A stretch of DNA of 64,000 nt, taken from assembly GCA_009914755.4 (NCBI GenBank), contig CP068257.2, positions 23,264,001 to 23,328,000 of the forward strand, written 5' to 3'. Numbering within the stretch: position 1 is the stretch's first letter; every line of letters begins with the position of its first letter. The position numbers and the translations under genes are program-made. Source of the DNA: the human T2T-CHM13v2.0 reference genome, Homo sapiens. The notes under the pieces were generated by a model that worked only from the letters and a program-made list of their open reading frames with translations, did no database searches and had not been told where the DNA came from. Below, in pieces: positions 31,571 to 45,128 of the stretch.

Positions 31571-33948
31571 TATCACAGGAAAAGACTGGAAAAATAATAT
31601 AATCATCAGGAAAGGCTTATCTATATAATTTGTCTGGAAATTTTCTTCTCCGGGCCAAGTTGTGCATTGCTTTTTGCATACTGTTACATTGTATCTTTCC
31701 ATGCCACTCTATCCTCTTATTCTGCTTTAATTTCTATTAGTTCAATTCACCCCCGACATAGTATGAAAGTATTTCCTTAGTTGTTTGGTTGTTTATACCT
31801 TCCTCTCATCCACATTAGAAAGTAAACTCTATATTTCTTTGTTCATAGAAGTATGTCAAGAACCAAGAATAGTGCATGGCACACAGTAGGAGCTCAGTAA
31901 ATAAATAAATGAATATTCATTTATTGAATTAATAAATGTATCCAACATTAGCATTTGGTTTTAACCATATAACCATTCCTTCCATCATTGAAAATTTAGT
32001 TTCCCGAATTGTTGTAGTAAAGGAGTGTGTTTATTTTATATATTGGTCCAGTTGTGCTTTTTTGGTCCACATATTAACTGGAAAACCTAAAAAAAATAGA
32101 ATTAAAGTGAGTCAGTACAAGTATGCAACAAATTATTAGTGAAGAGTGTAACAAAACTCAAGTCCGCAGCATCAGACTGAATGCAGATTAGGGAGGTGTT
32201 TGGCAAGCTTCCATATTACCATTCACACATGGGGTGGAGTCTAGTGTAGGATGTAATGTGCTTGTGGAAGATAAAACCTGTACTTTCTCAAGGCGTACTC
32301 TCTTTGGACGTCCCTTCTGCATTTGTTCTTGCATGCAGAACACACAGGTGAGGAAAGACGTGTTGTTGCCTCACAACCTGGGGCATCAAAATGCAGCCTA
32401 TGGGAATCCCGAAGTCAAGGAGGAACAGGAATATTCTACTTATTTCTGTCTTCATTGACTGTGCTGGAGAGTCATGATGAAAAAAAAAGACACAGCCTAA
32501 CGCAGAACAAAACAAAAATGGACACTGGGCTTTTGCAATGTAAACTGAGCAAATGCGGGCTATGTGAAATGGAAGAATTGAAAGCCCTGCAAAAGCAAAC
32601 TAATTTTAGCTATTAGACTTAGTTTCTGCATGTACTACAGATCATCAATGTCTGAAACTGCTGAAAGGTCTCTCTATGAGTACCTTTTTTCCCAGGGCAG
32701 AGCAAGACAAAGATTGTGTCCAACAGTACTTACAAGCTAGCTTTGAAAATCATGGGTGTGAGATTTGGTGAATAAAGTGGGTGGGTAAAGACAACTTTCC
32801 TTCAATTAGGACTCTGAACAGAGAGTGATTTCCCTCCAAGCACTCTTTGTTTGGGAAAGATTGCAAAGCTGTACTCCTAAATCATTATTGTGGCAGCCTT
32901 TACCTCTGCTGCCAGACTTGGCATAGATTCTGCTGGCTTCCAGTGTGTTGCTGCCAAGGCTGTTTCTATTCCTTTTATTATATGTTGGCTCATTGGAAAC
33001 TCTCCTGGAAATTGCCCAAATGCATATATACACCATGCCACAATGCTGCCAAGTTCTCTCCCTGGGTGTCTTTACCTCATTAAAGTATGCGCGACTGTGT
33101 TGCAAGCTGCAGTTCTAAAAACTCATTTTCAATCCACAGGGCTGATTTGTTTAATTAAACGATCAATATCGTCTCCTTAACTTTTTGGTTTCAGTAGTTC
33201 ACTGGAGTTTTATTTCTACTGCTGTAGTCTCTCTACATAGACACACGCTTAGAATTTCCTTGATAATGGTCTCCCAAAAATGTTGCAGTGGTAGACCACA
33301 AAATTAGATGACTTTGGTAAGCAAAGTCTAATTCTACTTACTAGAGTTTATGCATATCTCCACAAATATTTGTGTCTTATGTTTGACTTATTATAACACC
33401 GTGTTTTAAGGGAAGATGGTTTAATGTCTTTCTAATTTTCACAATACTTCCAAGGCCCCTGATTTTTAGAGACTCCATAAAGGGACTTCTACTTCTCAGT
33501 GGCCTGATAATTACATTGAGTTTATATGTTCACTTTGTTGAAGCCACTTATCCCACTGCAAGATTTCTGCAAGACCTCTTATTTGTTCTCTCTCTAAATG
33601 TGACCCACAACAATATCATCTAATCAGTTGGGAGGTGTATCCCAAACTCGTTGAACTATTAATAAGTTCCTTGTCTTTATGGTTGCCTTTACTTTAAAAT
33701 ATAAACTAAAACTGTTTAAAACTTATGTCTACAAAATCATTTCTCTCATAAAATTTTCCTGTGCTTTCTTCATTGTGATAAAAGGGATTTGAGTCGAAGT
33801 TGGAATGCAGGGAGAGCACTTAATTTTCTGTTTAGTTCCAAACTGACACACCTTACCCAAACATTTTATAAACTCATGGCCTTGGTCCTTAAATTCAGAT
33901 TAAAAACTCACTTCCAGTAAAGCATGTTCAAAATTAATCTCTCTATAA

Positions 33949-34283
<335 letters not shown>

Positions 34284-34910
34284 CATGCCCAGCCTGTGTT
34301 TGCTTCTTTACCATGGTCTGTTTTTATTATTAGGTTTTACAAGAATATTATATTTTTCTTGATCCAATTTTTGAATTATTTGGAATGTGTGTTTTAGAAT
34401 GTTTATCACATATGTGAAAATAAACTTGTGGGTGTTATATATCCACGAAAAGTTAAAATGAAAACATTTTTAAAAATAAATAAAATTGTGGGTAAAAAGC
34501 AAAGTAAAAAAAACATGAAATCTGATTCAAGTCTTAAAATATATGTATTGAAAAAAACTCAAGTGATCTATAACTCCTTATTTCTGAGTTGAAACTAAGA
34601 AAATGTAAAAATAAAAAAAATAAAATATTTGATTAATCTATTGACTTTGAGTGTCTTTCTACTCCTCCCTCTCTTTCTTGATTTATATACTTGATTTATA
34701 TACTACAATTTCCAAAGTCTTGAAATACCTTGTAAATTTCAAGATGCTATGAGAGAGGGTACTCAGAGATAATGAAGGAAAAGTGTAATTTGAAGAACCT
34801 GAACTAATAGGTGGTTTTTAGTACCTAAGTTAAAGAAATAATAATATTTGCATTAGGACAAACTAAGTACTTAACAAGTATCAACTGCATAATAAATTGA
34901 TAAATTAATT

Positions 34911-34992
34911 ATAATTAATTTAAAATTCAAAATAAACACATTAGTAAATTAATTTAATTAATTGGTTACTTTGTAAATTAATTGGTTAATAA
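34911..34992. repeat. AT-rich tandem duplication (29-bp identical block attagtaaattaatttaattaattggtta repeated at a 53-bp period)
   Basis: 34911-34939 and 34964-34992 are identical. The spacer is ctttgtaaattaattggttaataa. Confidence 0.8.
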
Positions 34993-36807
34993 ATTAGTAA
35001 ATTAATTTAATTAATTGGTTAATTAATTTGATTTCCAAGGTATAAGTATACTAGATTGTATTTTAAAATGCACCCAAGATTTGTATTCATCAGGTCTAGT
35101 AAAACATGCAGACACAGAAATGACTGGCACGAAGGAAGAAGTTTATATGCACAGAACTCTAGAAGCAGGAGTCAGTGCACACATGCAGGGCCATAGGCAG
35201 AAACACCAGGTCAGCCAGGAGGCAGAGGGAGCAAGCAGAAAATGTGAGTCAGAGCTTTAATGAGCAAGGCAGGATAAACAACTTAGAACTGGCAAGTGTG
35301 AACAATTTCAGTGTACGCTAGATTGTAGGGGTTTCCTGAGTTGTCTAGTACCTGGCAATGGAGTGATTAGGGCAGGGAAATATTGGCCTGGAGCGTAAGA
35401 GCTTCAAGGCAGTGAGTGAGCTCTGGATTGGTTAATTTGCCTAAGAAAGATTCACTCCTGGTGAGTTGTTTGCTATCTCTAGGATTTAGCTAATTCTGGG
35501 GGAACAGTCTCCTCCGGTGTCAGGAAGCCCACAAATTGTAAAGGTATCAAAATAAAAAGACATGCTCAACAGGTTAGATAATTTGTTGTCTATTATTTTT
35601 GTTTGCTCAATTTCTCTGTTTTGGGGTGAGAGGATCTCCAGTCCGTTTAGTGTAGTTCTGGGAAGGCTTTTCAACAAGCAGCCCTATCATGCCTGCCATT
35701 CATGGTTCCCCAACCAGACGATTCAAGTCTATTCATATCCAACTGCGTTAAACACTGTTCCCTTCATTTGGACTTCTCAAGCATAAGGCAACAAAAAGCT
35801 TTTATTTTTTTTCTTCTTAAGAAATTTTCAGTTGTGTTTATCAACTTGCAACCCAAATAATTGTAATGAAATAGTTTAAATTTTCTATACTAGAAACTAT
35901 AACCAATACCGAGGATAAACACTAACCACCAACCCTGACCTCAATTAATGTCAAGCGTTCATGAACGGCTTCCGCCAGTTCTACATAGGGTAGACAAATT
36001 TAATTCCTCCTTGTGGGATACAGAATGTAATCTGTAATATTATAATTGGGATTTAAAATAAAATAATTTTGATTTCCAAACTTGAACCTGTCGATTAACT
36101 TGTGTTCATCTATTTTCTTTTCAAATTTAAAAAAAGGCCTGTGTAAGTGTATGTAAATGAAGGGTGAAAAAAGTAAGTTAAGGTACTAACGAAAATAGTA
36201 TAAACTAGTGAACAAAAAATAATACTAAGTGGATTCTGGCCTCTTCTAGTGCAATATTTAAAATAATCAATAACTGGAAAAACTAGTGCTGGCTTTGGAG
36301 ATCAATACTGTAGGAAGGGGATAGACAGCAGTATAAGGGAAGCTTAGGAAATTCTTCATCATACTCTCTTTTGTACTTATTCATTCCTAGAATACCAAGA
36401 AATGTTATAATGTATGCCTCATTTTCCCAGCTTTCATTTAAGGACTTGTAACTCCCAGTAGTCTGAAGATAATAAAAGAGCCTTTAGCCTTTAACTAAAA
36501 ATACTTTCCCTATATATTTCCCACCTCATCTACTTCACCCTTATAGACTTCTGTTCAAAAACATTTCCAGAGTTCTAAAAACATTGTTCTTGCATTCCAT
36601 TTTAATTTCCCTAGATGTGACACGTTTTAAGTTATTCATATTTAAATTAGGGGACAATTGCAGATAGTGCAAGTTTCTCACCCTTATTTAGGACTGCTGA
36701 AATGTTAAGGAGCCATGTTTTAATGTTGTAGCTTTTTACTGAAGTGCTCCATCCTACTCTCATCATGTAGCAGCGGGTCACCTTGTCAATCAGGAGGGCT
36801 GTGTTGA

Positions 36808-37101
<294 letters not shown>

Positions 37102-37203
37102 TGAAATGATGAGATTCCTGAGCCTGTTCTAAACATGCAGTGCCCCTACTTCTCCATATATCTGTTCACAGTTATCTGTCATAGAGATCCTTTGATACTA
37201 GGG

Positions 37204-37727
37204 CAGGAGTCCCCAACGTTTTTGGTGCCAGGGACAGGTTTCGTGGAAGACCATTTTTTCACTGACTGGGAGCGGGGAGAGGGGGTGGTTTCAGGATGAT
37301 TCCAGCACATTATATTTATTGTGCACTTTATTTCTATTATTATTACATTGTAATATATAATAAAATAATTGTACAACTCACCATAAGGTAGAGTCCGTGG
37401 GAGCCCTGAGGTGGTTTTCCTGCAACTAGATGGTCCCATCTGGGGCTGATGGGAGACAGTGACAGATCATTAAGCATTAGATTCTCACAAGTAGCACACA
37501 ACCTAGATCCCTCGCATGCACGGTTCACAGCAGATTTGTGCTCCCGTGATAATCTAATGCTGCTGATGATCTGACAGGAGGTGGAGATCAGGCAGTAATG
37601 GGAGTGATGGGAGTGGCTCTAAACACAGATGAAGCTTCACTTGCTCACCTGCTGCTCACCTCCTGCTACGTGGCCCGGTTCCTAACAGACTGGTAGTGGT
37701 CCATGGCCCAGGGGTTGGGGACCCCTG
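37204..37727. mobile_element. Non-autonomous hAT-like DNA transposon (MER30-like MITE) with terminal inverted repeats
   Basis: Termini caggagtccccaacgtttttggtgccagggacaggtttcgtggaagacc... and ...ggcccggttcctaacagactggtagtggtccatggcccaggggttggggacccctg, i.e. TIR CAGG(A/G)GTCCCCAAC. The 8-bp flanks are tactaggg and ttctagga (6/8 match), as expected for hAT. Confidence 0.55.
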
Positions 37728-37789
37728 TTCTAGGACATTAGTTTAGCCCTGCTCTTTCCAAAGATTTAATATATGAATACTTCTAGATC

Positions 37790-38082
37790 TTTTTGTTTTC
37801 TTCTAGAGACAGGGTCTCTATCACCCAGGCTTGAATGCAGTGGTGTGATCACAGCCCACTTCAGCCTCAACCTCCTAGTCTCAAGTGATCCTCCTGCCTC
37901 AGCCTCCCATGTTGCTGAGACTACAAGTAAACACCACCGTACATGGCTAATTTTTTAAATTTTTGTGTAGACGGAGTCTTGCTCTCTTGCCCAGGCTGGT
38001 CTTGAACTAGTGATCTCAAGAGATCCTCCTGCCTTGGCCTCCCAAATTGCAGTATTACAGGCATGAGCCACAACACCCTGCC
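37790..38082 (-). mobile_element. Alu (old, AluJ-like)
   Basis: Reverse-complement Alu: ...gagacagggtctctatcacccaggcttgaatgcagtggtgtgatcacagcccacttcagcctcaacctcctagtctcaagtgatcctcctgcctcagcctcccatgttgctgagactacaag...gcatgagccacaacaccctgcc. Confidence 0.9.
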
Positions 38083-39047
38083 TCTTAAAATGTTTATGAC
38101 ATATTTTAAACAAAAGATAATAAAAAATATATTGCAAACATATAAAAAGATGCTCCACATCATATGTCATTTAGGAAATGCAAGCTAAAACAACAAGGTA
38201 CCACTGCATACCTGTTCAAATGGGCAAAATCCAGAGCAATAGCAAATGCTGGTGAGGATGTGAAGCAACAAGAGCATTCATTGATGATGGGAATGCAAAT
38301 GGCATAGTCACTTTGCAAGACAGTTTGGTAGTCTCTTACAAAACAAAACATACTTTAACCATATGATATAGCAATCACACTCATTTGTATTTACCCAGAG
38401 GAGCTGCATAAAATGTGCACAAAAACCTACATATGATTTTTCATATCTTTATTCATAATTGCCAAAACTTTGAAGCAACCAAGATGTCCTTCAGTAAATA
38501 AGTGGATGAATAAACTGGTAAATCCATGAAATGGAGCATTGTTCACCACTAAAATGAAATGAGCTATCAAGCCATAAAAAGACATGAAGGAAACTTAAAC
38601 GTATATTACTAGGTGAAAGAAGTCAATTTGCAAAGGCTGTATACTGTATGATTCCAACTATGTGACAATGAAACAGGAAAAATTATGGAGACAGTAAAAA
38701 GATTAGCTATTTCTAGTCCAGGAATTAGGAAAGAAAGGGATACATGGATGAAGCACAGAGGATTTTTAGTGCAGTGAAACTACTCTATGATTCTACAATG
38801 GTGGATAAATGTCATTTTATATTTGTCCAAATCCAGAAAATGTTCAGTATCAGGAGTGAGCCCTAATGTAAATTGTGGGCTTTGGGTGCTAATGAGGTGA
38901 CATTGTAGGTTCAACAGTTATAACCAAGGTACCATTTTGATGGGAGATGTTAATAATGGAAGAGGTTGTGCATGTGTGAAGGGAGGGCATATATGAGACC
39001 TCTTTGTATCTTCTGCTCAATTTTGCTGTGAACCTAAAACTGCTCTA

Positions 39048-39384
<337 letters not shown>

Positions 39385-39750
39385 TTAAAAAATACTACAA
39401 AATTTAAACAATAATCTATTGAACACACACACTCACCTTCAAGTTTAGTAAGTTAAAATTAAAATCACAATTATAGCTTTCTGTGTACTCCTCCCACTCT
39501 GCTCACTTTCCTTCACCACCAAGGGAAAACATTCTTTAACTTCTTAGTCATTATTCAGATGTGTATGTGCACTTTTACCTCTGGCTATGCTCATATGCAA
39601 CTTATAGTGCTGTTTACCTATTTTGAAAATTCCCACACAGAGTATCACAATAATGATGAGGGTTGTTTATGATATGTAATGATGCTAATTTATGTAATAA
39701 TATTGTATACATTTTCATTTTCATTATTCTAAATATTCCATTTAAATTGA

Positions 39751-40071
<321 letters not shown>

Positions 40072-40303
40072 TAACCACCTATTTTTTTTTCATAAATAGA
40101 TATTGGTTTTGTCCTAACTTAAACTTTTACAATTACTAAAAATTACAATATAGCAATAAACCTGCTGTAGAACAATATGCATTCTTGAACATAAACCTAA
40201 TGTAAAATAGCTTTTGCCATAAGAAATAAGCTATTTAGCTTTGTTACATAATGCTCAATCGCTCTCTAATGTTGATGTACAATTTTCAGTACTACTTATA
40301 GTA

Positions 40304-40380
40304 TTAGGTTGGTGCAAAAGTAATGCAGTTTTGCCATTACTTTTAATGACAAAAACCGCAATTACTTTTGCATCACCTAA
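40304..40380. mobile_element. MADE1 (Hsmar1-derived mariner MITE) with TA target duplication
   Basis: ttaggttggtgcaaaagtaatgcagttttgccattacttttaatgacaaaaaccgcaattacttttgcatcacctaa is palindromic and flanked by ta (40302-40303 and 40381-40382). Confidence 0.85.
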
Positions 40381-40481
40381 TAGTATATAAATGTCTCCAC
40401 TGCTCCACATACTTACCAAGGTAGTCAAATCTGGTAAAGAATTTTATTTTTCCATTTTCCTCATTAACAGTGAAATGACTC

Positions 40482-40645
40482 AGGCATAGTGGTGCATACC
40501 TGTAGTCCCAGCTACTCTGGAGACTGAGACTGGATGATCACTTGAGCCCCCAGGTTTGAGGCTGCAGTGAGCTATGATCACACCAGTGTACTCCACCCTG
40601 GGCAACAGAGCAAGACCCTGTCTCAAATAATAATATTAATAATGA
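40482..40645 (+). mobile_element. Alu-related monomer (FRAM/right-arm-like) with A-rich tail
   Basis: aggcatagtggtgcatacctgtagtcccagctactctggagactgagactggatgatcacttgagcccccaggtttgaggctgcagtgagctatgatcacaccagtgtactccaccctgggcaacagagcaagaccctgtctcaaataataatattaataatg. Confidence 0.8.
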
Positions 40646-42371
40646 TGAAATGAGTGTGAGTTGTTATGTTTATTGGTCATTTAGGCTTCTTTGCTTGTGA
40701 ATGTTTAATTCATATACTTTGCTAATATTTCCATACTGTTTATCTTTTCCTTATTGCTTCATAGTGGCCTTACTATGGCCATTAATTATGGATATCTATA
40801 TTTATTACATATAGTCCCACCTAAACTTGTCTCTGCACTGATTTTATGGGGACTTTGCATTAGTAGGAGCATTTACACAATTCTTTATGAGTTGAAATTT
40901 TTAAAATATCATGTAAGAAATTATTCTCTATTCTAAGACCACAAGAATATTTTCCTCTAAAATTTCTCCAAAGGTTTTAAAGTTTTGTCTTTTGTATGTA
41001 TGGAAATTATTTTTATATATGGTCGGACTTCAGGGATCATTTTGTTTTGTTTTGTTTTAGTACAGGTAGCCTATTGTTCGTTATCATTGATTGAATGGTT
41101 CCTTTTTACCTCATTGTTTTCTAACATCACTTTTCTCATACATGCAATGATCTTTCCCAGACTGTCTATTCTTTGAGTCTATTTGTCTATTCTGGCAATA
41201 ACATTACCGTTCTCTTTGTATATTCGCATAACTTCATGATGAGTTAAGCTACCTGGGTAGCCTCCACCTTTTTTAGCTTCTTAAACATTGACTTAATTAT
41301 TCTGAGGCTTCTTTGCTTTTGAATTACTCTCAGGCCTCCTTACTTCTACATACATTTTAGAATCGGCTTGCTAAGTGCCTTAAAAAATTCTGATGGAATT
41401 ATAATTGAATGTATGAATATACATTAAATTAAATGTATGGATTAATTGAGGGAACATTGACATCATTATGACATTGATTCCTTCAAAAGTTTATGAACGT
41501 GGAATAACTTTTCCAGTAAATGTTTGATTTATGCTGTTACTTTGTATTTTGTTTCTATATTAAATAGTATATTTTTCTTAGAACTAATTTTTTTTATTTA
41601 GTACTAGTTTATAGCCTAGTTTATAGTGATCCTGTATTCAACAATTTTATTAATTCTCGTTCTAATTGGCAAGTAGAAGAATCTCAGAATTTATTTTTGG
41701 TGGGGGATGAGGTAAACAAATCTATAAATTTTAAATACTAGTGTATTTACAAACCATGTAGCAAAGATAGCTTTTGCTTCTTAACAAGCCAGCCATCTGG
41801 GTTGTGCAGTTCTGATTTTGGCAGGGCTCCTCATGTATACAAGTGCCTCCAGCAGCCAGCCAGCAAGCCACGTCCTCTTCAGAGGGATCGGCTGGGAACA
41901 TGGTCCACTGGCCTCTCATATCTTTCATTGTCCCCCATCTAGCTCAGGGTAGCTCTGCATGGTTTCCAGAGAAAAGAGGTGTGTGTTGTCTCTTAATGTC
42001 TAGGCTCAGAACTGGAAAAGCATCGTGTATGCCACATAATTCTGGCCAAATAAGGCAAAAGTTCAGTTCAAATTCAAGAAAGAAAAATTGGCTATACCTC
42101 CCCTTGGAAGTAGATACAAAATCACTTTGGCAAAGGAACAGGGATTACAGGTAAAGGGACCTTTTTACAATCACATAATCACACCTTTGTTTCTTGGTCT
42201 CGCATATCATTTTTGTTGGCTTTCTCGTTAGTTTTTACAAAGTAAGATAATACTTTATTCCTTATTCTTTTGGATCAAGATTTTTGTGATGCTTGTTAGA
42301 AATTATTTGTAGTAGAGGAGCTGATGGATTAATAGACAAGAGCTTTGACTGTGGTATAAATCATCACATGA

Positions 42372-42728
<357 letters not shown>

Positions 42729-43742
42729 TGCATTACTTAAATAGACTTTTATGCACATTTTGTGTGTATATTATAAATTTTCCATGCTCCTATACTTCCT
42801 GTTTTTATTCTTCACGTATACTTCTCTAAAGCTACCTTAGTTATGTGCCGTGTTGCACGTGACTGCTTCACCTTTCATTGATCAATTTTGTGTTGGCTGT
42901 TTACATTTTCTTTTTAGTACAGTAGCTTCATATTTTTTCTGTCTCCTTTTACCCCCAGCTCTTACTATCTCTTTGATAGAAAGAAGGAGTTAAATAATTT
43001 ATTAAATCTCTTTTTTTTAACTACTTTGGTCTACAGATCCTCCTTTATGTCAGTCAATCAATCTGTCAACAGTATATTTTAGATTCCGCTGTCATAGAAG
43101 TTAAAAATATAGAATCAAACAAATGATATGATTTCTGCTCCCTTAAAGTTTACACTCCAATAAGTAAACATAATTGTACTATGTGGAAGAGAGTCACCCA
43201 TCTTCCAAGCTTGAGAGTCTGTTTAGTATTTTCTATGCATATGCAATCTGAGAATGGCCATGAACAGGTTGCTTTATCATAGCACATGGATCTTTTAGGA
43301 GGCATTGGGGCTCCAGTTCTCAAATTTGCTATTCTTTTTTCCTCATACCATTAAACAAATCTGAGCTACATGAGAAAAAGTGATTTATCATTTTAAAAAG
43401 TCATCTGCATTACTTTTACTTTTAGATCAATTTTAATGCTTATATTGAATCCAAATTTGTCCACCACTTTTGTAAAGTTAGATTTCTTCGATGGCGATAA
43501 TTTATATAAGTGAGTGATCAGACCATAAGAGAGAGAAGAATGAAGAGTCTGAACTGAGAAGTTCATCCATATTCTTACCCTTCACTTTGGAAAGAATGAG
43601 TCTGCACAGCTCAGCAGGTAGTGACTCCTCTCATGCGTTGGCATCACATATAAGCATACATGGGAGTAGACATATAAACTGTATGGCCCCCAGCAAGATG
43701 CACCACCACCAAGAGTTCAATTGTCTAAATTGTATTAGCTTA

Positions 43743-43893
43743 GCTTGGTGTGGTGGCATGTTCCTGTAATCCAAGCCACTCAGGAGGCTGAGGCAGGAGG
43801 ATCACTTGAGCCAAGGAGTTTGAGGTCGCAATGAGCTGTGATCGCACCCTTGTACTCCAGCCTGGGCAACAGAGCAAGAGTTTGTCTCTAAAA
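43743..43893 (+). mobile_element. Alu-related monomer (FRAM-like) with A-rich tail
   Basis: gcttggtgtggtggcatgttcctgtaatccaagccactcaggaggctgaggcaggaggatcacttgagccaaggagtttgaggtcgcaatgagctgtgatcgcacccttgtactccagcctgggcaacagagcaagagtttgtctctaaaataaataaatc. Confidence 0.8.
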
Positions 43894-44291
43894 TAAATAA
43901 ATCTGATTAGTCTGGGAGTTCCTTGAGAGCCAGAGTGCTTGATTCTCTTTCAGCTCCAATGTCCCATCCTAGTGCAGTTCCTGGAAGATATTCAGTAATA
44001 GCTGGCAAGAGAATATGAGAACAAATTATATGTGTATTGACGTAATTTTAAAAAACTGCTTTCTCCTTCAAGCTTGTTTTGGTTCATAGATACTTTGAAA
44101 ATGTTATTAATAGCATGATCCCTGGACATCACAGATATAAGGGCTTGCATTCACCAGCCTAATTCCAAATCTATTTTCTGAGTAACATTTTGAAATAGGG
44201 CGAAGCAGGACAACGCTTATTGCAAACCTCTTGGTCCCCTTCAAGGGGACTAACATTGAGGGAAAATGTTGTGGAAAAGTCAGCTGATTTT

Positions 44292-44835
44292 GAACAATGT
44301 ATTAGTCAGGGTTCTCCAGAGACACAGAACCAATAGGATGTGTGTATATATAAAAGAGAGTTAATTAGGGAGAACTGGCTCACACAATTACAAGGTGAAG
44401 TCCCATGATAGGCCGTCTGCAAGGTGGGGAAAGAGATAAGCTGGTAGTAGCTCAGCCCAAAGCCTCAAAACCAGGGAGGATGACAGTGTAGCCTTTAGTC
44501 TGTGGCCAAAAGGCCCAAGGGCCCCCAGGAAGCTGCTGGTGCAAGTCCCAGAGTCCAAACGCTGTGGAACTTGGAGTGTGGTGTCCAAGGGCAGGAGAAG
44601 TGGAAGCAAGTGTCCAGCAGGGGAAGAAGAAAGAGAGTCAGAGCAGGAGCAAGAAAGAGGGAGTGCGAGAGGAGGTGCCACACACTTTTAAATGACCAGA
44701 TCTCTTGAGAACTCACTCACTCTCAGGTGAACAGCACCAATAGGATGATACTAAACCATTCATGCCCTCATAATCCAGACACCTCCCATCAGGCCCCATC
44801 TTTGACATTGGGGATTACAACTCAACACGAGATTT
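44292..44835 (-). mobile_element. ERVL-MaLR type solo LTR (MST/MLT-related)
   Basis: Starts (reverse complement of the LTR 3' end) tattagtcagggttctccagagacacagaaccaataggatgtgtgtatatat. Ends with the reverse complement of a MaLR LTR start ...gaggtgccacacacttttaaatgaccagatctcttgagaactcactcactctcaggtgaacagcaccaataggatgatactaaaccattcatgccc...cattggggattacaactcaacacgagatttgggcagaggc.... Confidence 0.6.
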
Positions 44836-45066
44836 GGGCAGAGGCAAATATACAAACTAGATCAAACATTTTTAATGAGCCAGATGTTTGTCACTGACGT
44901 CTTCTCAACGTCATCTCTGAGCACTATATGATGGTTTCTTATACACCCTGGAGAATGAGTCTTCCCTCTCCCCTCAAAATGCAGAGATTGGTCAAATAAC
45001 CATATTAGTATTGAATCTACTTAGTCAAAAGCAGGATGGGCCCTTCTGCAGCAAAGGGAAGGCACA

Positions 45067-45128
45067 TCTGTTTAATATGTAGGATATGGTGAATGTCTGT
45101 TTAATATGTAGGGTATGGTGAATGTCTC
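45067..45128. repeat. 31-bp tandem duplication
   Basis: tctgtttaatatgtagg(a/g)tatggtgaatg twice in tandem. Confidence 0.85.

Noticed and set aside
35100-35790. Possible additional LTR or other repeat.
   Set aside because: The region has moderate complexity and a few repeat-like phrases, but I could not match it to any family or find terminal structure, so no call was made.
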